64,000 nt of DNA. Source: Patescibacteria group bacterium. Its GTDB lineage: Bacteria; Patescibacteriota; Microgenomatia; UBA8517. The DNA is taken from assembly GCA_035260845.1 (NCBI GenBank), contig DATFUL010000003.1, forward strand, positions 11,067-75,066. Reading direction: 5' to 3'. The translations under genes were made by a program, and so were the position numbers. Shown here one piece after another: positions 56,185 to 64,000 of the stretch. Each line of letters begins with the position of its first letter. The first letter of the stretch is position 1. Below the pieces are notes generated by a model that ran no database searches, had not been told where the DNA came from, and was given only the letters and a program-made list of their open reading frames with translations.

Positions 56185-57443
56185 TTTTCGAGTTTATATA
56201 AAGCATAGCCATCACCAAGATTAGATAATTCAATTACCTTGCGGGCACCGCCCGAAGAAATTTCCCAAATTCCAGAACTATCAAAATTATATCCTTTTTG
56301 ACTGAGAGCATATATAACATTTGCATTAGGATAGTCAATTTCTGAAAGTAAATTCTTTCCATATTTAAATTCAAGATAGTAACGTAAAACATATGCTCTT
56401 TTATCAAAATCTAAGACTTCAGAAACATTAAAATCACCTGTTGTGTCATTTGCAATTATTTTACTAGCATTATCAATATCTGAAACTTTTAGGCCATTTG
56501 GCATCCCTGTTGGAGAATTAAACGATACTTTATATGAAGAAAGACTCAAAAATAAATATAAGCATATAAAAAACGCACCTGCAATTTTATTCCATTTGAA
56601 TAGCCGTACTAGCAGTATTCCACCTAATATTGCAGCAATTGGCCAAAATGACAATAAATAATAATAATTAAAGTTTGCATCACTTCGATGCTGCAAAGTA
56701 TCAATAAAATATTGAAAAATTGTCCTTGTTTGATAAAAATTGTGCCGTAAATCAAAAATCACCAAAGGTAGATTTCCTACTATGATTCCTGAAGCGAAAA
56801 AAATAATACTTTTTAGCTTATTTTTACTTTTCCAAATATTTATTAATAAAACAAAAATAGCAATTGGTGCAAACAGAACTTGAAGACCTATACCTACACC
56901 ACTAAGGAGACCTAAAAGAAAAACATATCCAAACTTTTCTTTTTGAAAATTAAGATATGAAAAATAGAATATTAATATTCCAATCAGTGGAAGATAGTTG
57001 TAACTCCAAATAAAAAGTGAATGGTAAATCATAAAATCGTTAAATAAAAAGAGAAAGGTAGAAGCTAACGCCAACTTTTCCCCTAACGTCTTTTTAATTA
57101 CAAGGTAAATAATAATTCCAGTGAATAAATTTAAAAACGTAAAGAAGATTGTAATGATAATTGGATTGTAGTCAGAGATTAAAAGTAAAGGAACTAACGA
57201 ATAATTAAACAATGCTCCTGAATAAATAACATGCGAATTACTATCTTGCCGGAAATATTCTTGACCCAAAAGGCTTGGTTTCACTTTTATATAGTTAGCT
57301 GAGACAATCAAACTACGAGCTTGCTCCGACCAAAAAGTAACCCTATTTGGATAGTTATAAAACCGCACAAAAGAGGCCAAAATCAATATAACTATTATTA
57401 GAATGTTATTTTTCTTTAATAAGTTTTTCAAAAAGTTCTTCAT
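56181..57443 (-). CDS. GT-C fold membrane glycosyltransferase-like protein
   Basis: RFYN..FWSEQAR, P.LLG, IW.NY.P, PLVIFDLRHNF; multiple TM helices. The start is uncertain. Confidence 0.7.
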   Translation of the reverse strand: MKNFLKNLLKKNNILIIVILILASFVRFYNYPNRVTFWSEQARSLIVSANYIKVKPSLLGQEYFRQDSNSHVIYSGALFNYSLVPLLLISDYNPIIITIFFTFLNLFTGIIIYLVIKKTLGEKLALASTFLFLFNDFMIYHSLFIWSYNYLPLIGILIFYFSYLNFQKEKFGYVFLLGLLSGVGIGLQVLFAPIAIFVLLINIWKSKNKLKSIIFFASGIIVGNLPLVIFDLRHNFYQTRTIFQYFIDTLQHRSDANFNYYYLLSFWPIAAILGGILLVRLFKWNKIAGAFFICLYLFLSLSSYKVSFNSPTGMPNGLKVSDIDNASKIIANDTTGDFNVSEVLDFDKRAYVLRYYLEFKYGKNLLSEIDYPNANVIYALSQKGYNFDSSGIWEISSGGARKVIELSNLGDGYALYKLEK

Positions 57444-58347
57444 ATTGTTTTGCAATTATGTCCCAAGAAAACTTTTCGGCTTGTTTCCTTGGTTTACTAC
57501 CCCAATCTGTATCCAACCCCTTTTTTAAGGCAACCGCATATTTTTCAGTATTTATTGGATCAACTAAAATTCCTGCATCTCCTACTATTTCCTTACGGAT
57601 TGGATCGTCACTTGCAACTACAGGGAGGTTTGTAGCCATTGCTTCAACAAGTACATTGCCAAATGCCTCAGATGACGCAGACGGAAGTGTAAAAACATCA
57701 GCTACGCGATAAGCTTCGGGCATTTTATCAAATGGAAGGCTAATAATTTGAAATTTATTTCCCAACATGGCATTCCCCATTTCTTCGAGATTATTCCTCA
57801 AATTTCCGCCGCCGCCAACTATTAATAGACTAAAGTTCTTAAGTTTTGATACAGCTTTGATTGCAAGATCTAATCTTTTTTGCTCTGTAAAGGCTCCCAC
57901 AGCCAACACAATCGGGCTTTTAAGGCTAGTTTTTATAATTTTTCCTTTCTGGGTAAACTTATAAAGATCAACGCCGTTGGGGATCGTTTCTATATTAACT
58001 AATGGGTTAATATTTTTAGCCCAAAGAGCGGCTTTAGAAGTAAGGGCAACAAAAGTATTTGGGAAAGATAAAAGATTTAACTTGTCATCCCAGCCCATCC
58101 CGGATTGCCCGGAAACAATTACTTTTGCACCGGTCAGCCAAGCAATTTTTCTAACAATAAACACCTGAAGTCTTCCGTTTGTTGGAATTAGTATGTCGTA
58201 CCTTTTTTTAAAGAAATCTAAATATTTAATATTACTTATGACATCTACTTGGTGATTTTTAGAAAGCCGACGCGAAAGTTCATAAACAAAAGTCTCAGCT
58301 CCACGAGAAACTTTATTTTGATATTTATTTATAAACGCAATTTTCAT
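57406..58347 (-). CDS. Glycosyltransferase family 4
   Basis: RGAETF, IPNGVD, KRLD, EAFGNVLVEAMA. Confidence 0.92.
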   Translation of the reverse strand: MKIAFINKYQNKVSRGAETFVYELSRRLSKNHQVDVISNIKYLDFFKKRYDILIPTNGRLQVFIVRKIAWLTGAKVIVSGQSGMGWDDKLNLLSFPNTFVALTSKAALWAKNINPLVNIETIPNGVDLYKFTQKGKIIKTSLKSPIVLAVGAFTEQKRLDLAIKAVSKLKNFSLLIVGGGGNLRNNLEEMGNAMLGNKFQIISLPFDKMPEAYRVADVFTLPSASSEAFGNVLVEAMATNLPVVASDDPIRKEIVGDAGILVDPINTEKYAVALKKGLDTDWGSKPRKQAEKFSWDIIAKQYEELFEKLIKEK

Positions 58348-59690
58348 TTCTTGGGAATTAATATTTCTATACCATCTATTTTTTCTTTCAATTTATAGTT
58401 TAAAATTACATAGTCATAAACTTTTTGTGGCTTATAAGACGCTAGCCCTGATTCTGAATAATCCTGAAGTAAAATTAATCTTGGCTTTGAAGCTATGAGA
58501 TCAGCAACCTCTCTGTCTTGAACACCTTGAATTTCTTGATACCAATAAAGTTGCGGCACCCAAGGATTGGTAGCGGGGAGAGTGTTGGTTAGTGCATAAA
58601 CGTTGTCCCACCAATTCATAACAAATATTTTGTCCCCCGGTGTTGTATTATTTTTAACATAGTTAGCAACATCCGAAACATCGCTTTCAAAAAAACGAGT
58701 GCCTTCCTGCCAATTCCTTATAAAAAAATTGGTGAATAAATAAATACTCACAAGGGCATAGAGTGCAATAAACATCTTTAAAAACCGATCACGTTTGTTT
58801 AGATTAGTAAGGACAATAGCTGATGACATCGCTAAAAACGGAAGACCGGGTTGAAAATGAAAAAATTCAAATCTTGGGTAAGCCGTCATGCTCCCCGCAA
58901 GTGCCCAAAGTGGCAAGTTAGCCACTTTACTTTTCATTTTTATGAAATATGGAATAAAAATCGAAAACGGAAAAAGTGCTATTAACATATTTTTAAGATC
59001 CGGAAACTGAATTTGTCCTTGTGATCTCGGTAAAACAAATACCCCAAACTTAATAGCCCATTCGTAAAAATTGGGCAGATTTCCCCAAAACAATGTTGCC
59101 AAAAAGTAAATTATTACTGTAACAGTTCCCCCATAAATAAAATCTCTATATTTCTTTAATGAAAAAATAATGGGTATTAAAAACCAAATTGCAGTTTGTT
59201 TTGTAAAAAACATAATAACCCAAAGAACTCCTGCCCAAAGATATTTTTTCTTATGAATAAGAAAAAATACAAATAAAGAAATCGGAGCAATCATTGAATC
59301 AAACCAAAGTCCGTTTCCATCATAAAACACTTGCCAAAATACAAATAGTGAAACGGCAATTATTGCAACTTTTTTACTATTAAATAGCAAGCTATTCTTA
59401 TTCGATAACTTATTTATAACCCAAAAAAGCAAGAAGTCTGTAAAAATGATAACAGCCCATGTATAAATCTTTAATTGGAAAACACCGACTCCAAAAACTT
59501 TGTATATGAGTGAAAGTATAATTAATAAATTAGGTGTATGGGCAATTGCGATATCTCTATAAGGCAACAGTCCATGAACAATTAAATAAGGCCAAAGAAG
59601 CATTTCTGGCCATGCCGTAAATTTTAATTTTAATAACAAGAATAGATGTAATGCTAGAATGATTACCAGGAGCGAAGGAAATTTCTTCAT
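58344..59690 (-). CDS. GT-C fold membrane glycosyltransferase-like protein
   Basis: AWPEM, GLLPYRDI..HTP, TKQ, YPRF..FH..P; multiple TM helices and a soluble C-terminus. Confidence 0.7.
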   Translation of the reverse strand: MKKFPSLLVIILALHLFLLLKLKFTAWPEMLLWPYLIVHGLLPYRDIAIAHTPNLLIILSLIYKVFGVGVFQLKIYTWAVIIFTDFLLFWVINKLSNKNSLLFNSKKVAIIAVSLFVFWQVFYDGNGLWFDSMIAPISLFVFFLIHKKKYLWAGVLWVIMFFTKQTAIWFLIPIIFSLKKYRDFIYGGTVTVIIYFLATLFWGNLPNFYEWAIKFGVFVLPRSQGQIQFPDLKNMLIALFPFSIFIPYFIKMKSKVANLPLWALAGSMTAYPRFEFFHFQPGLPFLAMSSAIVLTNLNKRDRFLKMFIALYALVSIYLFTNFFIRNWQEGTRFFESDVSDVANYVKNNTTPGDKIFVMNWWDNVYALTNTLPATNPWVPQLYWYQEIQGVQDREVADLIASKPRLILLQDYSESGLASYKPQKVYDYVILNYKLKEKIDGIEILIPKK

Positions 59691-60391
59691 ATTTTTTTTG
59701 CAATTATTGTCATACTGTCACCCATATTTAACATTGTAGACACAAACGATAATGGGAAGGTTAAAAGGTCATACAAGAATGATTTTCTTTTTAATTCTAA
59801 GAGGGGATTTGAATATTCAAAAAGACCAGAGCGCGACTGCCACAAAAGTATTTTAAACCCGGTATTTTTAAATACTTTGAAAATACTATCTTTTGTAAAC
59901 TGCCATTTATGCTCATTTGGTAATTTGTAGGGCCAATGGTCACCAAAAATCTTTGCTGGAATTCCACCGGCATTTGGAACATCAACAAAAACAAGCCCAT
60001 TATTTTTTAACAAACTGTTTACTTTTTTTAGAACAAAGATAGGATCTTCCATATGCTCCAGGGTATGGTTTAATATAACTAAATTAAATGAATTTTTTGG
60101 AATATCCAACTTTTCAAAATATCCTTTATATACCTTTATCCCCTTTTTCTTAGCTATTTCAGAACTACCGGAGGGTTCTACCCCAAAGACTTCAAATCCA
60201 TTCTCCTTAAATATTTCTAAAAAAATCCCGGTTGAAGAACCAATTTCCAAAACTCTGCCTTTTTTAATATATCTTTTGATTAATTTGTAACGTGTTAAAA
60301 AAATATTTCTGAAAGTCGATGAATACTTTTCATAATCATAATCTCTATGGTATTTTTTATAGTTAACGTCCATTAATATTTTAATATCCAA
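59687..60391 (-). CDS. Class I SAM-dependent methyltransferase
   Basis: VLEIGSSTG, GVEPS, NHTLEH..DP, VDVPN, P.EH. Confidence 0.9.
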   Translation of the reverse strand: MDIKILMDVNYKKYHRDYDYEKYSSTFRNIFLTRYKLIKRYIKKGRVLEIGSSTGIFLEIFKENGFEVFGVEPSGSSEIAKKKGIKVYKGYFEKLDIPKNSFNLVILNHTLEHMEDPIFVLKKVNSLLKNNGLVFVDVPNAGGIPAKIFGDHWPYKLPNEHKWQFTKDSIFKVFKNTGFKILLWQSRSGLFEYSNPLLELKRKSFLYDLLTFPLSFVSTMLNMGDSMTIIAKKI

Positions 60392-61217
60392 CTCTACCTA
60401 TCCATATTTTTCTTTTTATTTTCCTTAGTGGAGTTTCTACAAATGCCCTAGTTTTAAATTTAAAACTGGAAATACCCCAGGGGCTTTGTATAAATTCCGG
60501 CTTGGTTTTAAATAAGACTTCAGGATAGAAAAAATCCTTAGGAAAATTTTGACCAAATTCATATTTATATTTTTTGTTTCTTTTAATTACATTTAAATCG
60601 TCTTTTAAGGCCCTTCCACGCGGAACAAAAGTGGCGTGAAGATATGGAGCATCTATAAATTCTATTTTGTCTATATTTCTATCTTGAATCATTTTATTTT
60701 CAAAGTCAGACCATCCCCAAACACCATGAACTCCCTGTGAATGAAGACCTGGAATACTTCTATTTATAGCCCGCAGATTGTAATGTCCAACTCTACTCCC
60801 AAATTTATAACGGCCGGCTGAACTATCTTGGAAATGAAATATATCCCCAACTAAATTTAATGTTGGAACAACGACTGATTCAAGACTGGGATTAGTCTCT
60901 ATTGTCTTTACAACACTTACGATTGAGTTATTCCACCAAATTTCGTCAGCATCGACCATCAAAAACCAATCCGACTCTGTTGCGTCAAGCATTTCTTGGC
61001 GTACCTTTGTAAAGTCCGTACTAGTACTTATATTTCTCTCTTTAAAAATAATTTTTTCCGGATAAAGCTTTTTTAATTCCTTTGCAATTTCGATACTGCC
61101 ATCAGTGCTACCTGTATCCCAAAGCAAAATCTTGTCTACAAAATTAATTACTGAATTTACAGAAAACCATAACCATCTGGCCTCGTTTTTAACTAATGTG
61201 TGAGCCCAGATCTCCAT
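60381..61217 (-). CDS. Glycosyltransferase family 2
   Basis: VKNE, DTGSTDG, VDADE. Confidence 0.9.
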   Translation of the reverse strand: MEIWAHTLVKNEARWLWFSVNSVINFVDKILLWDTGSTDGSIEIAKELKKLYPEKIIFKERNISTSTDFTKVRQEMLDATESDWFLMVDADEIWWNNSIVSVVKTIETNPSLESVVVPTLNLVGDIFHFQDSSAGRYKFGSRVGHYNLRAINRSIPGLHSQGVHGVWGWSDFENKMIQDRNIDKIEFIDAPYLHATFVPRGRALKDDLNVIKRNKKYKYEFGQNFPKDFFYPEVLFKTKPEFIQSPWGISSFKFKTRAFVETPLRKIKRKIWIGRVGY

Positions 61218-61223
61218 AGGACT

Positions 61224-61259
61224 ATTGTATCCTTTTTAATCTCGAATTTCTGCTAGAAT
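61224..61259. promoter_or_regulatory. Divergent -10 boxes for the GT2 operon and asnB
   Basis: Minus strand: TACAAT 6 nt before ATG 61217. Plus strand: TGCTAGAAT 8 nt before ATG 61268. Confidence 0.6.
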
Positions 61260-61267
61260 AGTCTAGA

Positions 61268-63157
61268 ATGTGTGGAATTGCAGGCAAGGTTTACTTCACA
61301 AAGAATAAAGATGTCCACCCACAGGAAATTAAATTGATGACCACTTCAATTGCTCATCGCGGTCCTGATGATGAAGGAATCTTTATTTCAAAAGACAAGA
61401 AGGTTGGTCTTGGAAGCCGCAGGCTTGCAATAATAGATTTAAGTCAGAGAGGACACCAACCGATGACCTATTTAAATAGATATACGATCACATTCAATGG
61501 TGAAATATATAATTTTCAATTCGAAAAAGAGAAACTAAAAAAGTTGGGTTATCAATTTAATTCAGACTCAGACACTGAAGTAATCTTGGCCCTATATGAT
61601 AAATATGGGAAAAAGTGTTTAGATCACCTAAGAGGTATGTTTGCTTTTGCAATTTATGATGAGGTGCAAAGAACAATATTCTTGGCAAGAGACAGAATCG
61701 GCAAAAAACCTCTTAAATATTTTCTAAATGATGATGTCTTAATATTTGCTTCAGAACTTAAGGCAATCCTAACCCAATCGGGAGTAAAGAAAATAGTTGA
61801 TTACAAAGCGATTCAACTTTATATGACTTATGGTTACACTCCGGCTCCGTACACAGGTTTTGAAGGCATTAAAAAACTAGAACCCGGAAGTTATATTTTT
61901 ATCAACTTAAAAAGTCGGTCTTTTGAAAAAATTAGATATTGGGAGCCAATGTTTGATCACAAGCTAAACTTATCCGAAAAGGAGTGGTGTAAAAAAATAT
62001 TAGAGACCCTTGAGGAATCGACCCGTCTTAGAATGATTGCGGACGTACCAGTTGGAGCATTTCTTTCTGGAGGAGTTGATAGCAGTGGAGTTGTCGCAAC
62101 CATGGCTGGACTATCAACAAAACCAATCAAGACTTTTACTATTTCTTTTACCGATAGTGATTTAAATGAGAGTCAGCATGCAGGAAGAATTGCTAAACTT
62201 TACAAAACTGATCACCATATACTTCCCGCCAAACCACAATCAACCGATATATTGCCGTTTTTGGCTAAACAATATGAGGAACCTTTCGCAGATGCAAGCA
62301 ACGTAGTTACCTATATGGTTTCTGAAATGACCAGGAAATTTGTGACAGTAGCATTAAATGGAGATGGTGGGGACGAAAACTTTGCCGGTTACCCAAATAG
62401 ATACATGCGATTAAAACGAGATGTAGATTACGACAACTGGATACAAGACTTAAGACCATCAGCGGTAGTAGCTTTAGAGGCATTATCGAAAATGGGTAAC
62501 TTAAAAACAGTTTCTAAAGCTAAAAAATTCTTTGACAATGCTAAAAAACCAATTTATGAAAGATTTGCCTCATATAATAAAATATTCGACCAAGAGGAGA
62601 TTTTTAAGTATTCAAAAGGAAAATTACTTGAGGAGCAAAATAACAATAACCCATATCAAATCGTTGACGAATGTTTTAGTAATTTTGAAGGAAAAGATCT
62701 AAAAGACGCAGGACTCAAGTTTGACCTTATGTATTTTTTACCGGACCAACTCCTTGCAAAGGTAGACATTGCATCAATGGCAGCATCTCTGGAAGCCCGA
62801 TCCCCTTTACTTGATCAAAACATGATAGAGCTTGCTGGTACCATTCCATTTAACCTCAAAGTAAAACATGGGGAGTCAAAGTACATACTAAAAAAGGCTT
62901 TTGAAAAGATAGTTCCCAAAGAGAATCTCTACCGACCCAAGGTAGGATTCACAATTCCACTTGAGAGATGGTTCTCTGGAAAATTAAATAGTTATGCAGA
63001 AAGCATTCTACTTTCTAAAAATACACAAATAAATGAACTTCTAGATAAAGATTATATTAAACGAATGGTTGAGGATAAAAACAAAAGTGAAGATTTTGGC
63101 CCCAGACTCTGGTCTCTTATGTCTCTTGAACTCTGGTTTAGGTCTTATTTCAACTAA
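61268..63157 (+). CDS. asnB: Asparagine synthase (glutamine-hydrolysing)-like amidotransferase
   Basis: MCGI, HRGPD, RRLAIID, FNGEIYN, SDTE, RDRIGKKPL, LSGGVDSS, GDGGDE, EARSP, KVGF. Confidence 0.95.
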   Translation: MCGIAGKVYFTKNKDVHPQEIKLMTTSIAHRGPDDEGIFISKDKKVGLGSRRLAIIDLSQRGHQPMTYLNRYTITFNGEIYNFQFEKEKLKKLGYQFNSDSDTEVILALYDKYGKKCLDHLRGMFAFAIYDEVQRTIFLARDRIGKKPLKYFLNDDVLIFASELKAILTQSGVKKIVDYKAIQLYMTYGYTPAPYTGFEGIKKLEPGSYIFINLKSRSFEKIRYWEPMFDHKLNLSEKEWCKKILETLEESTRLRMIADVPVGAFLSGGVDSSGVVATMAGLSTKPIKTFTISFTDSDLNESQHAGRIAKLYKTDHHILPAKPQSTDILPFLAKQYEEPFADASNVVTYMVSEMTRKFVTVALNGDGGDENFAGYPNRYMRLKRDVDYDNWIQDLRPSAVVALEALSKMGNLKTVSKAKKFFDNAKKPIYERFASYNKIFDQEEIFKYSKGKLLEEQNNNNPYQIVDECFSNFEGKDLKDAGLKFDLMYFLPDQLLAKVDIASMAASLEARSPLLDQNMIELAGTIPFNLKVKHGESKYILKKAFEKIVPKENLYRPKVGFTIPLERWFSGKLNSYAESILLSKNTQINELLDKDYIKRMVEDKNKSEDFGPRLWSLMSLELWFRSYFN

Positions 63158-64000
63158 ACCAGTAATACTTAATTGCAATTGTCCACATATAAATTGCAAG
63201 TAAAATATTGGTTACTGCAAGTGTTATAGCTGGGCCGATTACTCCAAACTTTGGTATTAAAACAAGATCGAATCCAAACATAATGGCTAACTGAACAACT
63301 GAGAAAAATCCAATAAATTTTGGTTTTTTCATTGAATAAACAATTGCCGAAACAGCAGGTACTGAGAGAATGAATGGAATGTTGGCAAGTGCCAAAGCTC
63401 TAAAGACAGGAACTGAATCAAGGTATTTTGGAAAAATTAAAAGCATGAAAGGTTTTGCGATTATTGCCCAAAAAATTATTCCAAAAATTATAGGAATAGT
63501 AACTAGAACAGCTTTAAGTATGTAGGTTCTTTCTTTTTCTTTATTACCAAAACCGGCTAAACGTGTTGCAAGTACTGCAGAAAAACTACCCCCAAGAACA
63601 ATAATAAAAGACGCCAACTTAGAAGGAATTGAATAAACAGCAGTAGACAAAGCTCCTAGTAGAGCCGCCATCATTTGTACATCCAAGTTTCCCGAAACCG
63701 CTGAAGTTATCCTGCTTACCCCAAGCCATCCAGAAAACCTAAAAAGCTTTTTATATATCTCAAGTTCCGGTTTAGTCCTAAAAAAATCAGTGCCTACAAG
63801 AATAAATCCAAAAAAACCTGCCGCCAATCCACCAAATATGTATGATCCAAAGACATTATATAAAGAGGTCCCTCCTATATATATTAGTATAAAAAGCGCA
63901 CCAAGGCGTGTAATCATAAAAACCAAATCAGTTGAGACCGCACCTAAGAAATTCTTCCTAGCCTGAAGAACATATGGCAAAAACATCCACAAAAAGAAGG
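63150..64000 (-). CDS. Oligosaccharide flippase (Wzx/MOP family), 5'-partial
   Basis: Multiple TM helices; YKKLFRFSGW, LDVQM, LIPKFGVIGPA. The frame is open to the window end. Confidence 0.82.
   Translation of the reverse strand, partial: FFLWMFLPYVLQARKNFLGAVSTDLVFMITRLGALFILIYIGGTSLYNVFGSYIFGGLAAGFFGFILVGTDFFRTKPELEIYKKLFRFSGWLGVSRITSAVSGNLDVQMMAALLGALSTAVYSIPSKLASFIIVLGGSFSAVLATRLAGFGNKEKERTYILKAVLVTIPIIFGIIFWAIIAKPFMLLIFPKYLDSVPVFRALALANIPFILSVPAVSAIVYSMKKPKFIGFFSVVQLAIMFGFDLVLIPKFGVIGPAITLAVTNILLAIYMWTIAIKYYWFS

Noticed and set aside
1447-60000. Numerous 60-180 aa antisense or alternate-frame ORFs
   Set aside because: They lie within well-supported genes and show no recognisable motifs, so they are treated as shadow ORFs.

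Overview
This is an AT-rich, gene-dense bacterial chromosome segment. Gene content and protein style suggest a Patescibacteria/CPR organism, probably Microgenomates-like; that placement is an inference. From left to right it holds: a partial ferric-reductase-like membrane gene and tRNA-Val(CAC); a PRTase and lepB; and a long minus-strand run of parB, rpmA, rplU, rodA, ileS and a complete dcw cluster (mraZ-rsmH-ftsL-ftsI-murA-murE::glmU-murC::murB-murD-ddl-alr-murF-mraY-ftsW-murG-ftsQ-ftsA-ftsZ). Next come an alpha2-type GlyRS, an LCP protein, msrA/msrB, two stand-alone nucleases, an atypical deformylase, a zur-znuACB-yibE/F operon with a clear operator, and recO. The last ~24 kb is a surface-glycosylation locus (six GT4, two GT2, four GT-C, O-antigen-ligase-like protein, priming transferase, ManC, DUF4012, AsnB, flippase). 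No CRISPR array, rRNA or transposase was seen. The most interesting signals are: (i) recurring copy / inverted copy / copy structures at gene starts (rpmA, rsmH, acetyltransferase), two of which create mini-ORFs repeating the first codons of the downstream gene; (ii) 7-nt tandem repeats inside coding sequences; (iii) many -10 boxes 6-8 nt before ATG, pointing to leaderless mRNAs; (iv) two Mur-pathway gene fusions and apparently shortened Mur ligases; and (v) resistance-type active-site variants (IleRS GVHH, MurA Cys-to-Asp).
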